47,245 bases of DNA from Chiloscyllium plagiosum (GCF_004010195.1 NC_057719.1:55941086-55988330), one strand, 5' to 3'. Positions 24,677-37,117 are shown, numbered from the stretch's first letter. The notes: generated by a model from the sequence alone, not told the origin. Numbers and translations are program-made.

Positions 24677-26164
24677 AAAAAACAAACGACAGACAAAATT
24701 AGACATTAGGCCACTTCAAACTGATGCTGGAAGCCAAGTGATGGGAGATAAGGAAATAGCAGTGGAAGACATGAGTAATATCCCAACAATTAAAGGGAGT
24801 CAGGGGGCTGAGTTGAGTATGGTTGCCATTACAAAAGAGAAAGTGCTAGAAAAGCTAAAAGGTCTTAAAATTGATAAATCTCCTGGCCCTGATGGGCTAC
24901 ATCCTAGACTTCTGAGGGAGGTGGCTGAGGAAATAGCAGAGGCGTTGGTTGAGATCTTTCAAAAGTCACTGGAGTCAGGGAAACTCCCGGATGATTGGAN
25001 NNNNNNNNNNNNNNNNNNNNNNNNNNNNNNNNNNNNNNNNNNNNNNNNNNNNNNNNNNNNNNNNNNNNNNNNNNNNNNNNNNNNNNNNNNNNNNNNNNNN
25101 NNNNNNNNNNNNNNNNNNNNNNNNNNNNNNNNNNNNNNNNNNNNNNNNNNNNNNNNNNNNNNNNNNNNNNNNNNNNNNNNNNNNNNNNNNNNNNNNNNNN
25201 NNNNNNNNNNNNNNNNNNNNNNNNNNNNNNNNNNNNNNNNNNNNNNNNNNNNNNNNNNNNNNNNNNNNNNNNNNNNNNNNNNNNNNNNNNNNNNNNNNNN
25301 NNNNNNNNNNNNNNNNNNNNNNNNNNNNNNNNNNNNNNNNNNNNNNNNNNNNNNNNNNNNNNNNNNNNNNNNNNNNNNNNNNNNNNNNNNNNNNNNNNNN
25401 NNNNNNNNNNNNNNNNNNNNNNNNNNNNNNNNNNNNNNNNNNNNNNNNNNNNNNNNNNNNNNNNNNNNNNNNNNNNNNNNNNNNNNNNNNNNNNNNNNNN
25501 NNNNNNNNNNNNNNNNNNNNNNNNNNNNNNNNNNNNNNNNNNNNNNNNNNNNNNNNNNNNNNNNNNNNNNNNNNNNNNNNNNNNNNNNNNNNNNNNNNNN
25601 NNNNNNNNNNNNNNNNNNNNNNNNNNNNNNNNNNNNNNNNNNNNNNNNNNNNNNNNNNNNNNNNNNNNNNNNNNNNNNNNNNNNNNNNNNNNNNNNNNNN
25701 NNNNNNNNNNNNNNNNNNNNNNNNNNNNNNNNNNNNNNNNNNNNNNNNNNNNNNNNNNNNNNNNNNNNNNNNNNNNNNNNNNNNNNNNNNNNNNNNNNNN
25801 NNNNNNNNNNNNNNNNNNNNNNNNNNNNNNNNNNNNNNNNNNNNNNNNNNNNNNNNNNNNNNNNNNNNNNNNNNNNNNNNNNNNNNNNNNNNNNNNNNNN
25901 NTCAGAACAGAAATGCGGAGACATTTCATCAGCCAGAGAGTGGTGGGCCTGTGGAATTCATTGCCGCAGAGTGCAGCGGAGGCTGGGACGCTAAATGTCT
26001 TCAAGGCAGAGATTGATAGATTCTTGTTGTCTAGAGGAATTAAGGGCTATGGGGAGAATGCGGGTAAGTGGAGTTGAAATGCCCATCAGCCATGATTGAA
26101 TGGCGGAGTGGACTCGATGGGCCGAATGGCCTTATTTCTGCTCCTATGTCTTATGGTCTTATGA
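24677..26164 (+). mobile_element. CR1 LINE ORF2 fragment spanning an assembly gap
   Basis: KVLEKLKGLKIDKSPGPDGLHPRLLREVAEEIAE before the gap; QRVVGLWNSLPQ and a (TCTTATG)-type tail after it. Confidence 0.9.
25000..25901. other. Assembly gap (N run)
   Basis: Run of N. Confidence 0.99.
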
Positions 26165-26629
26165 CCTTTCTATACTAAGTCTCCTGTACTGTTCCAATTA
26201 ACCTCTGTCAACAAGAGGAAGAGTATTTCATCTCTTGATGAGGCAGTTTATAGATGTCTTCTATTGCAAATCTCTTTCCCCTTGTTCTACTTCCCAGCCT
26301 TTCCCTTTTCACTTTCTTAAAACTGATTAAATTTTTGTATTACTAACTTTCCCCAATTCTGATGAATGCTGACTAACCTGAAATATTAATTCTGTTTCTA
26401 AATCCACAATGCTGACCAAATGTCTGAGTATTTTCAATTTTTTTCTTTTTTTTCTAATTTCCAGTGGATGCAGTGTTATGGTTTTTTTGGTGGATTAAGC
26501 TGATGCTGTCCAGGTATTCAAATCTTTGCGTATTTTAATAATTGCTCTATCTCCTTTGAGTTATCTGTACACTCCCTCAGATTACTGCATTCCATTTTCT
26601 TTAACCTAGGGAAATAAAACATGAAAATT

Positions 26630-26830
26630 TGAATCAAAAACAAAAACAGAAGTTGCTGAAAAATTTCAGCAGGGCTGGCAGCATCTGTGGAGAGAATTCA
26701 CAGTTAACATTTTGGGTCCAGTGACTGTTACACAGAACTGTTCTGAAGTTTGCTTGCTGAGTTTTTCCAGCATTTTCCATTTTTGTTTTGATTCTGATTT
26801 CCAGCATTCACAGTTCTTTCATTTTTTATA
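26630..26830. mobile_element. Penelope-derived fold-back element, degenerate
   Basis: AAAACAGAAGTTGCTGAAAAATTTCAGCAGG arm and inverted TGCTGAGTTTTTCCAGCATTTTCC arm. Confidence 0.6.
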
Positions 26831-27218
26831 ATAGTTTGAATAATCTGGCAGAATACAAGAATATAATGAGACAAGTAGGAGAAAAACAAATAACAAGGTG
26901 TTCCAATGATATAATATTAAATGACTTAGAATAACATACAAGTCAATGACTGGTTACTGACTAAGAACAGCCTCTGCAGTTTGATTATTGCACCTTCAGT
27001 TACTAAACAAGTCAATCTGATAAGTGATGATGTAAACTAGTAATTCATTTATGAATATGTATTTCCAATGAAGCATCAGCTATGCCACATATGTACCCTC
27101 AGAAATTTCTGTGTTTCATTTCTACATCCTTGTCCTGTGCACTGTGAAGGTCTATTCATGGCTGACAGCATTTGACCTGGGCTTAAAATATAGCAGAAGT
27201 GGCAAAAATGCCAGAAGA

Positions 27219-27550
27219 CGGCACAATGGCTCAGTGGTTAGCACTGTTGCCTCACAGCGTCAGGAATCCAGGTTCAATTCCAAACTTAGGTGACTGTGTG
27301 GAGTGTGCACATTCTCCCCACGTCTGTGTGGGTTTCCTCCAGGTGCTCCAGTGTCCTCCCACTGTCCAAAGGTGTGCAGGTTAGGGGGATTTGCCATTCT
27401 AAATTGCCCACAGTATCCAGGGATATGAAAGCTAAGTGGATTAGCCACGGGAAATACAGGGTTACAGGGATTGGGTGGGATGCCCTTCAGAGGGTCAGTG
27501 TTGACACGATGAGCCGAATGGCCTGCTTTCACAATGTAGGGATTCTATAA
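27219..27550 (+). mobile_element. HE1-like SINE
   Basis: GGCACAATGGCTCAGTGGTTAGCACT...GGTTCAATTCC, tail ...GTAGGGATTCTAT. Confidence 0.9.
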
Positions 27551-27866
27551 TTGTGTCCTGGCAGCAGGGAGAATTTGTACCATTGGTGAGTGCAAGGTAG
27601 CACGGGCATGATGCATTGAGATGTGGCATTTACATAATGAAGTGGACAGCAGAGAATTGCGTGAGATAACATGAGAGAACTCAAGGAGAGAAATACTTAG
27701 TTGATTATCAGTAAAATTCAGACTGATGCTAAAATTCAGGATTGAGTATAATTAATTCCACCTATTGCAATTTTTAAAAACATAAAAACATATAAAAGTA
27801 CAACATTGTTTATCCAACCAGTAACAGCACTTTTGACAACAAGGTCTTTCAGTTTTGACAGTGAAG

Positions 27867-28121
27867 TTACATTGAATAAAAAAAAATTGATTTTCGAAAT
27901 ATCTTTAAAAATTTGATACAAAAGTGAAAGGTTGTTTCCAAAAGATCCATCGGTGTAGTGTTATTGGATTCTCTAAATAATTCCTCGCATTGATTTTCTG
28001 GTACAATGCAACACTTCACAGGAGCACACTTTAAAGCAGTGCATTCAAGGTCAGAGCGAAACAGATTGTCTAAACTTTGAGATTCAACAACATAGGTACA
28101 GAGTTGGCATGGGGTCACAAT
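27867..28121 (-). CDS. Candidate terminal coding exon, Cys-rich, unidentified (possibly helical cytokine-like)
   Basis: Non-repetitive 84-codon frame IVTPCQLCTYVVESQSLDNLF...CEELFRESNNTTPMDLLETTFHFCIKFLKIF...* opening right after TAGCAG, phase 0. Polypyrimidine tract is weak. Confidence 0.3.
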   Translation of the reverse strand: MVTPCQLCTYVVESQSLDNLFRSDLECTALKCAPVKCCIVPENQCEELFRESNNTTPMDLLETTFHFCIKFLKIFRKSIFFYSM

Positions 28122-29059
28122 CTGCTATAATCACTAATTGTTTCAATGTGTCTACAATGATATTAACAAATCATAATAAGAAATCATGAATTATTAACCC
28201 CATCACCATTTTTAAATTTACTGCAGCTTGAATTTATGTCAATGACTTAATGAGTGGAATTGTACCAGTTCTCTACAGGAGCATAAAATGGCAAGAGAAG
28301 ATCAACAAGTGGGCAGGAGAAAGGTAGCCTTCCTACCCAGTGTGAAGGGAACTTCGTAACTGACCAAATAAGGATCACTTCTTGCCCACAGAGAGCCTCA
28401 CTGGCAACAATGTGCCACCTTTTCTCACCACTCCTCTCTTCCTCTTCACTGGACTCTGCCTGACTGGCCATAGTGCCCCAAGACATTATTTACCTGTTTG
28501 GGATGAAGTCTTTGTTACATGGCATCCTCTTCTTCAGAGTGCAGTTCCAGTGTGACCATCACACTCAGTGGCACTGTTAAGCTTCTGACCCACCAACTGG
28601 CCAACAGCTCCTGAATAGTCATGACCACTTCAGCAGTAATCAATTAGCAAATTGCCACCCCTAAATTGTACCCAATATTCCACTGACCAAAGAGGCAGGG
28701 TCACACAACCTCCCTTCTCCCATCCTTTGCTCCTCTCAGGTCAATCAACTGCAAAAATAAAATTTATCTTTATGTTTTACGACACTGAAGGTAATCATTG
28801 TCATACAGAACAGAAATTTATGGCAAACTGAATGTGGCACACAAGTTATTTTGATTCAGTTTGAAGTCCCTGGAGTTTAAACTTCTTTATTTTTGCATAT
28901 TCACTGAGCCCTTGGAGTTGAGTTTGCACCAACGTTTGGAAAATTACCCCCATCCTTTCTGCTTACAACATGTTGCCCTATCAACTGATTTTTTTTTCAT
29001 ATGAACACTGTTTTGGACAGAGGTCTTGATTTTAGTTCATTAAGTTAATTTCACTGCCC

Positions 29060-29485
29060 GGGACTGTAAGAAATTACAGGGAGTTGTGAACGCAGCCCAG
29101 TCCATCACAAAAACCAACTTTCCTTCCATTGACTCCATCTACACTTCCCACTGCCTCGGGAAAACATCCAACACAATCAAAGACCCCTCCCAACCCAGTT
29201 ATACTCTCTTCCACTCCCTTCCATCAGGCAGAAGATACAAAAGTTTGAAAACATGTACCAACAGATTTGTGACATGCTTCTTCCCAGCTGTTATCAGACT
29301 TATGAACAGACCTCTCATATATTAGAGTTGGTCTTTCTCTGCACCTTCTTTGTAGCTGTCATGCTATATTCTGCATTCTGTACTTTTATGCTGACATACT
29401 TATGTAAGGTATGATTTGGTTAGCACGCAAAACAATACTTTTCACTGTATTTCAGTACATGTGACAAAAATAAATCAAATCAAAT
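29060..29485 (+). mobile_element. Rex1/Babar LINE 3' end
   Basis: IKDPSQPSYTLFHSLPSGRRYKS...FFPAVIRLMN; tail CTTTTCACTGTA...AATAAATCAAATCAAAT. Confidence 0.85.
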
Positions 29486-30150
29486 TGTTTATGCATGTGA
29501 GAGCCTCAAGTTTGGCTAAATTTCCACCTTTGTTCTTCCCTCATATTGTTGCATAATCAGACATAGCCTTCGCACCAGTCTTGCCACATGTACAGACTTC
29601 CACTTAAAAAGCTTGGATTTTTGTGCTGTACATGAATGTCATTAGCAGTGAGAATACCTTAAAACTATTCAACAGGTTATAATTTGGAAATATGCCAAAC
29701 TGGAAAGAAAGGAGAAAAAGAACATAAAATTCAACTTTGGCAGAGACCAAAAACGGATGTCACAGAAATGACTGTCCTTTATAAATCCCCTTCAATCAAC
29801 TAGGCTGCCTATGAGCTGGTGAATTTACTAACTCCCAAGGTTCGGTTCTGTTTCCCAAAAATGTAGTGGTCACAAACCTTTCAAGTAATTATGCACCTGT
29901 GATAAGAAAGGGAATGGTTCCATGATAAAATCTTCTACAGTGTATTGAAATTCCAAATGCTTTACAGTGGAGAGACATGAAGTGATATTTTTTCATAATT
30001 TTCCACAGTAAATATTCATTCGCAGTCCGCCTTCAGAATGAAGGCAAGGAGCAGACATTACACAATTCACAGAGCCACAAGGATCATTATATTACGCTTC
30101 CTCAAGATTAGTTCTGCAACCTTTTTGATAGCAACATTGTTGGTTCTCAC

Positions 30151-30179
30151 CTTATCAGGAATTTGCATGTGAAGGGAAT
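30151..30179 (-). other. Candidate 29-nt internal exon
   Basis: Acceptor TCTTTGTTGCTTTCTTTTATTTTTGTAG| and donor AAG|GTGAGA. One frame reads xSLHMQIPDK ending in phase 0. Confidence 0.45.
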
Positions 30180-31009
30180 CTACAAAAATAAAAGAAAGCA
30201 ACAAAGACATTGTCAAAATAAGAATGTATAATGCAATTGGCTCTTTTTTTAATAAACTGTTTTAATGTCATAGGCTCAGCAGAAATTGAAGAGAAAACTA
30301 TATGCTGAACCAATTGAAAAGTACAGATGAAAAGAGGTAGTTTTTTGTTTCTACCTACATAGGTGTCAGAATAACATATAAAAAAAAATCTAATAATGCA
30401 CATCTACCAGTAGAACACATACATCATTTCTATAGTGGACAATTAGACCTAATAAACTTCAACAGACACAATTTAGGTCACCATTTCAGATAAGGTCAGC
30501 ATTTAAAGTATTCTTTTTAACTGCATGAATAGTCATTTGCAGCATAGAATTAAGGGATGTTAGAACATCACTTTTATAAACGTTATTACAGTCTAGGAAT
30601 GCCCTCAGTTGTTTCATGCTTCCTGCTTATAAAATGGTCAATTAGTCTTAACTGAGCCATCAATTTCAGCCAACTTTCCAATTACTGTATATGCCTCCAA
30701 ATGCTACTTCAGGTTAATTCCCTTACATACTATTTATTTGAAGTTAAGTTTAACCTTCTGTGATACCTGCTGGCTGTATTTTTGGTTAGAAGCAGCATAA
30801 AAATTTACTGTTTCTATTAGTTCTTCTTAAATGGTTTCTTTCCTGTTTCCCAGTAATTCCAGGGTTAAGCAGTCATTTTATTTGTGAGAACGCCAGGTAT
30901 CTGCTACAGACAAACTCCACTGAAAGTATAGCAACTCCATTAATTTAACAGCCATTATGAGTGAAATGTATGCCTCATGTCATTTTCAGCTTTAATTTGA
31001 CTTTTTAGA

Positions 31010-31400
31010 GTTTAGAAGGTGATCCAATCAAAGACTTCAAGATGTTAACAGGAAAAGGCAGAGAAGATAAAGATTAAAAAAATTATTTCCACTGGCTGAG
31101 GATTCTAGAACTAGGGGGAATCATCTAAAATTTAGGGTCAGATCGTCGAGGAGAGGTGTTAGAAAGCACTTATACAAACAAAGGGTGGTAGATGTTTGGA
31201 AATCTCTTCCATAAATGGCAGTGGATGTTCCATTAGTGGTAATCTTAAATCTGAGATGGATAGATTTTTGTTCAGCAAAGGTATTAAGGGATGTGGGCCA
31301 AAGGCAGGTATATGCAATTAGGCCTCAGATCAGCGATGATCTCAGTGAAATATGAAATAGGCTCAAGAAACTGAATGGCCTACTCTTGTTGCTGTTTTCT
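31010..31400 (+). mobile_element. CR1 LINE 3' fragment, degenerate
   Basis: GGTGATCCAATC...TCTAGAACTAGGGGG...TGAATGGCCTACTCTTGTT tail. Confidence 0.8.
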
Positions 31401-31498
31401 GACTGCTGTGGGGAAAATCACCAGTGTTGGAATCAGAATCAGGATTCAACAACAGAGTTTATTGTACAAAGAAAACAGAGCTCCAGGAAGGGAGAGAC

Positions 31499-34400
31499 TT
31501 TTTTTTTAATTTCAAAAATATACTTTATTCATAAAATATTTTGATGATCTGTACAACTGGTCATGCCATACATACGTAAACATTCCATTTCTTGGCATGC
31601 AGAGACAGAGTAATCATTTATATATACAGGTCTGTACGATTACTATCCACATATTTAGCGGGGGGGGGTCAGCGGAGCCCCCTTACTGTGTCGGACCCCT
31701 GTGCTTAGGCAGGCAGATGTTACACGGTGGTCTTTCCCCACTGCACCTTGGCAGCAGCTGCCCCAAGCTTCAGCACATCCCTCAACACGTAGTCCTGGAC
31801 CTTGGAATGTGCCAGTCTGCAACACTTAGTCAGGGTCAACTCCTTCAGCTGGAAGATCAACAGGTTTCGGACCGCCCAGAGAGCGTCCTTCACCAAGCTG
31901 ATGATCCTCCAGGCACAGTTGGTGTTCGTCTCGGTGTGCGTCCCAGGGAACAGGCCGTAGAGCACGGAGTCCCGCGTCACGGCGCTGCTCGGGACGAACC
32001 TCGACAAACACCACTGCATTCCTCTCCAGAGTTCTTCTGCATAGGCACATTCCAGAAGGAGATGTGTGACAGTCTCGTCCCCCCCTCAGCTGCTTCGAGG
32101 GCAGCGTGCGGTACAGGAGAGAGTCCAGGCATGCATAAAGGGTCTCACATGCAGAGCCCTTCTCACCACCAGCCAAGCCATATCTTGGTGCTTGTTGGAA
32201 AGTTCTGGCGATGAGGCATTCTGCCAAATGAGTTTGACAGTCTGCCCAGGGAACCACTCGATAGGGTCCGCCCTCTCCTTTTCCCGAAGGATCTCAAGGA
32301 CACTACGTGCTGACCACTTCCTGATGGACTTGTGGTCAAAGGTGTTTTTCTTCATAAACTTCTCCATGAAGGACAGGTGGTACGGAATAATCCAACTACT
32401 CGGAGTGTTCCGCGGCAGCGAGGCCAGGCCCATCCTTCGCAACACCGGGGACAGGTAGAACCTCAGTACGTAGTGACACTTGGTGTTTGCGTACCGGGGA
32501 TCCACGCACAGCTTGATGCAGCCACACACAAAGGTGGCCATCAGGGTGAGGGTGGTATTGGATGTATTTTTTTCCCCCGTTGCGCAGATCTTTATACATT
32601 GAGTCTCTTTGGACCTGGTCTACATTTGATCTCCATATAAAATAGAAGATGGCCCGGGTGACTGCAGTGGCACAGGTTCTGGGAATAGGCCAGACCTGTG
32701 CCACGTATAACAGCAATGACAGTGCCTCACACCTGATGACCAGGTTTTTTTCCCGCGATGGAGAGTGACCGTAGCTTCCATCTACCCAGTTTCTGCCTCA
32801 TTTTGTTGATACGCTCCTCCCAAGATGTGGCGCATGCCCCAGCCCCCCCGAACCAAATACCCAGCACCTTCAGGTGGTTGGTCCTGACGGTGAAGGGGAT
32901 CGAGGATTGGTCAGCCCAGTTCCCGAAGAGCATGGCCTCGCTCTTGCCTTGGTTTACCTTGGCCCCCGAGGCCCGTTCGAACTGGTCACATATGCACATG
33001 AGTCTGTGCACGGACAGAAAACGGCGACGTCATCCATGTACAGGGAGGCCTTAACCTGCAGGCCCCCGCTGCCAGGAATAATCACCCCTCTCGGGCTCGC
33101 ATCCTTCCTGATGGACTCGGCAAATGGCTCTATACAACACACAAACAAGGCGGGTGAGAGAGGGCAGCCCTGCCTGACTCCAGATCTGACTGGGAAGCTA
33201 TCTGATTCCCACCCAGTGATTGAGGGTGCACTGACAATGTTGGTGTAGAGTAGTCTGATCCAATTGCAGATTCCCTCCCCAAAGCCCATTTTGGAGAGAA
33301 CATCTCATATACCTGTGTGATATCCTGTCAAACGCTTTCTCCTGGTCCAGGCTGATCAGACAGGTGTCCAACCCTCTGTCCTGCACGTAGGCGATCATAT
33401 CACTGAGGAGTGCGAGACTCTCAGCGATCTTCCTGCCCGGCACAGCACAGGTTTGGTCAGGGTGAATCACCAACCCCAGAGCAGACCTGACCCGGTTGGC
33501 AATTACCTTTGANNNNNNNNNNNNNNNNNNNNNNNNNNNNNNNNNNNNNNNNNNNNNNNNNNNNNNNNNNNNNNNNNNNNNNNNNNNNNNNNNNNNNNNN
33601 NNNNNNNNNNNNNNNNNNNNNNNNNNNNNNNNNNNNNNNNNNNNNNNNNNNNNNNNNNNNNNNNNNNNNNNNNNNNNNNNNNNNNNNNNNNNNNNNNNNN
33701 NNNNNNNNNNNNNNNNNNNNNNNNNNNNNNNNNNNNNNNNNNNNNNNNNNNNNNNNNNNNNNNNNNNNNNNNNNNNNNNNNNNNNNNNNNNNNNNNNNNN
33801 NNNNNNNNNNNNNNNNNNNNNNNNNNNNNNNNNNNNNNNNNNNNNNNNNNNNNNNNNNNNNNNNNNNNNNNNNNNNNNNNNNNNNNNNNNNNNNNNNNNN
33901 NNNNNNNNNNNNNNNNNNNNNNNNNNNNNNNNNNNNNNNNNNNNNNNNNNNNNNNNNNNNNNNNNNNNNNNNNNNNNNNNNNNNNNNNNNNNNNNNNNNN
34001 NNNNNNNNNNNNNNNNNNNNNNNNNNNNNNNNNNNNNNNNNNNNNNNNNNNNNNNNNNNNNNNNNNNNNNNNNNNNNNNNNNNNNNNNNNNNNNNNNNNN
34101 NNNNNNNNNNNNNNNNNNNNNNNNNNNNNNNNNNNNNNNNNNNNNNNNNNNNNNNNNNNNNNNNNNNNNNNNNNNNNNNNNNNNNNNNNNNNNNNNNNNN
34201 NNNNNNNNNNNNNNNNNNNNNNNNNNNNTGCAGGGGCGCTGAAGATGTCGTGCAGCTTGGCATCTTTTACCGTGTCCATCAGGGCTCTGGACATGGCGTC
34301 CAGTTTACTGTCCCCGCACCCCCCTCGCCGGATCGTCCATCTGCATCAATGATACAGTTGAATTCTCCGGCCAGAATGACTGGCTGGACGTAGCCATGCA

Positions 34401-35244
34401 ACAGTGGAAGCTGCTGCAGGACGGCCAACCATTCACTCTTACCCACTGGGGTGTACACATTAATCAGTCTCAGGGGAGCATTCCTGTACATGATGTCGGC
34501 GACGAGGAGGCGCCCACCCACCACCTCCTTAACTTCGGAGATGGTGAGGTTGCCTCCTCGCAACAGGATACCCAGGCCGGAGGCGCGGCTATCATTGCCC
34601 CCCGACCAAACTGACAGCCCATGGGCCCACAAGCTCGACCATCTCGTGTAGCTGCTGAAGTGCGGTATCCCACACTCCTGCAGAAACAGGACGTCGACTT
34701 TAACGTTGGCAGGGAAGGCCTTCATAGAAACACATCGCGTAGCCGATTTGATGCTACGCACATTGATGCTGGCAATTCTTATCCCCATTTTAACAGTCTA
34801 CGAGGTTACCAGTGTCCATTTGCTGCTGGTCTTGCCTTTCTGGGGTAGCTGTGTGCATCCCCGTGATGACGGCAAACAGCTGGCTCCCGGGGCTGAGGTA
34901 GCTGGCCAGCTCCACGCTGGGGCCATTTCCCCGCTCTGGTGTCTTCAGGTCAGGCCCAGGGTCCGCACCGTCCATTTCTCCATCTGACAGCGGGGCTGTC
35001 ATAGGACCGCTGCTCCCAGTTACCTGGAGCTGTGGGCCGGTGGGTACCTCTTGGTTCTCACCGGGTGGGGTGGGGTCTTTACCCATCCCCTCAGAGGGAT
35101 CGTCTTTCCCTAATTGGGTGGTGCTGCCCTCCTTTCTCCCCGTGGCGCTCTGTCTCTTCCTCTGGTGACGACCCTCCTTGCACCCGTCCTCACCATTGGA
35201 AAAGCTGCCTGTATCCTCGCCGTGTTAGCTGCAAGCTTTCTCTC
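31499..35244 (-). mobile_element. Tx1-clade (L1-like) LINE, 5'-truncated in ORF1, frameshifted ORF2
   Basis: ORF1 stop at 34790, then ORF2 ATG at 34788: APE domain (IASINVRS, LFLQEC, LINVY), RT (LDQEKAFDR, GVRQGCPLSP, YMDD), zinc knuckle (CPR..C..ETVTHLLLEC). AATAAA and an A9 tail at 31499-31507. Confidence 0.93.
33513..34228. other. Assembly gap (N run)
   Basis: Run of N inside the Tx1 element. Confidence 0.99.
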
Positions 35245-35347
35245 ACCCTCGGAGCATATGTCACGCTATTTTATACATTTTATGGTATAATGGTCCAGAT
35301 ATCAAGTCTTTGTTTGTACAGCATGGTTTGTTTACAGAAAACATTAG

Positions 35348-35429
35348 AGAGTCATTGTCAGTTTCAGGGGAATGTTACAGAGTCATTGTCAGTTTCAGAG
35401 GAATGTGACAGAGTCATTGTCAGTTTCAG
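35348..35429. repeat. 31-bp tandem repeat, ~2.7 copies
   Basis: AGAGTCATTGTCAGTTTCAGRGGAATGTKAC repeated, within the probable LTR U3. Confidence 0.9.
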
Positions 35430-35530
35430 CAGCTACGCAAAAGTCCATTGCTGCAGTAATTAGTCATGATTGTTCTTCCTGAGAAGGAAGATCTGTTCCA
35501 TTACTCACATCTAGGGTATTAACACTAGTA

Positions 35531-35746
35531 GGAGAAAGTGAGGACTGCAGATGCTGGAGATCAGAGCTGAAAATGTGTTGCTGGAAAGTCAGGCAGCATC
35601 CAAGGAGCAGGAGAATCGACGTTTCGGGCATAAGCCCTTCTTCAGGAACCAGGTTTCCCGAAGAAGGGCTTATGCCCAAAACGTCGATTTCCTGCTCCTT
35701 GGATGCTGCCTGACGTGTTGCGCTTTTCCAGCAACACATTTTCAGC
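35531..35746. mobile_element. Penelope-derived fold-back insertion, 14-bp TSD
   Basis: Long inverted arms; TATTAACACTAGTA at 35517-35530 and 35747-35760; intact hammerhead core on the minus strand at 35618-35645. Confidence 0.85.
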
Positions 35747-36726
35747 TATTAACACTAGTATACCAGCAGTCTCATGTAGTTAACATTTCTATTGAAGGTG
35801 TATGCTTCACTCAGACCCTTCCGTGAGCCGTAGACGTTACTGATGTGTATTGCCTCCACAACCTTAAACTAATTGTCTATATTCTGTGTCTATTGGGCTG
35901 GTATCCTGTTGGCCTCAGGCAGCATCTGTGTATGCATCGCTGTACTTTTGCATGTAATGGCTCAGCGGCTAACGTGTGTGCTAAGTGACCAACTTATGGC
36001 TCAACGGCCATCTTGTGTCTATGTGCCCCATGTCAGCAAGCCCCGTGTCAACTTCCACTTAACTGCATTTCTATTTTCTTTAATTGTCCTGTGGCAAACT
36101 TAATTAGCTTATGATTTGAACAGAGTGGTGTTTAATGGTTTGTTTGTACCAGCATTTGACCGGGCCTATCTGATCACAGATCCTTGCTTGATTGCATGAG
36201 CCAGTATGTAGACCAAGACAGTCATTTGAGACTAACTCTGCATATAGACACAGACAGAATGGCCTGGCTTTCTGCAAAGATGCAAAATTTCTGTAAGTTT
36301 AAGATATTTAAATTTCTGTAAACAAACTCTTTGCATTTACAAATAAAGTTATCCCTACACTGCTGTCAGGTCAATCAGATAAATGAAAGAGTGCAATCCA
36401 ATCCACAAGTAACAATAAGATGATCATAAAGTCTGGCATACAGGATGCTAGAGAACAGTTTAAATGCACTGGCCCCAGCGCACCATTTATTTTCTTCATC
36501 AAGTGATCTCTCCATGTCCTGGAATCAAATGTTTTGGACAGGATCTTCTCACTTGCTGTGGGGATGTACAGTCTGGCAATCCATAAAAGAAGGATATTGT
36601 TTGTGCTGGAGCAGAAGACCTATGAACATTTGAGCAATTCACAGAAGAAACTTTCAGGCTGATGATGCAGTAAGTGCTCTCAGGTAAAACTTTGCAACAA
36701 AATGATTGAATGATCTACATTCCATC

Positions 36727-36978
36727 ACAGATCAAAAAGTGTGGTGCTGGAAAGTGAGGACTGCAGATGCTGAAGGTCAGAGTCTAAAAGTGTGGTGCTG
36801 GAAAAGCGCAGCAGGTCAGCAGCATCCGAGGAGCAGAAGTGTCAACGTTTCCTGATGAAGAGCTTATATCGAGATGTTGACTCTCCTGCCTCCTCGGATG
36901 CTGCCTGACCAGCTGTGCTTTTTCAGCATCACACTTTTAGACTCCAATAAGCAGCATTTGCAACCCTCACTTTCTCCT
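36727..36978. mobile_element. Penelope-derived fold-back insertion, 8-bp TSD
   Basis: Inverted arms; ATTCCATC at 36719-36726 and 36979-36986; mutated hammerhead core at 36852. Confidence 0.75.
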
Positions 36979-37117
36979 ATTCCATCCAAGATGTCAGGAA
37001 ATTGGAGTGTCCATTAACAATATGTTACACTGTTGCAATAGTTGGCTTTAACTTGGGAATTTGATAAACAAAATAATAAACTAATTCAGGACTAATCAAA
37101 AAGACTTCAATTCTACA

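Larger units (their letters stand above)
31407..36061 (-). mobile_element. Probable solo LTR interrupted by a Tx1 LINE and a Penelope-derived insert
   Basis: TGTGG at 31407; minus-strand AATAAA at 31458-31463 and TATAAAA at 35269-35275; ACTGC direct repeat at 31402-31406 and 36062-36066. Far end is TA rather than CA. Confidence 0.45.

Noticed and set aside
24591..26077. ORFs of 320-470 aa
   Set aside because: Mostly X from the N gap; the real parts are CR1 ORF2.
31597..32214. 205-aa plus-strand ORF
   Set aside because: Antisense to GC-rich Tx1 ORF2; a shadow ORF.
33457..34393. ORFs of 250-290 aa
   Set aside because: They span the N gap inside the Tx1 element.
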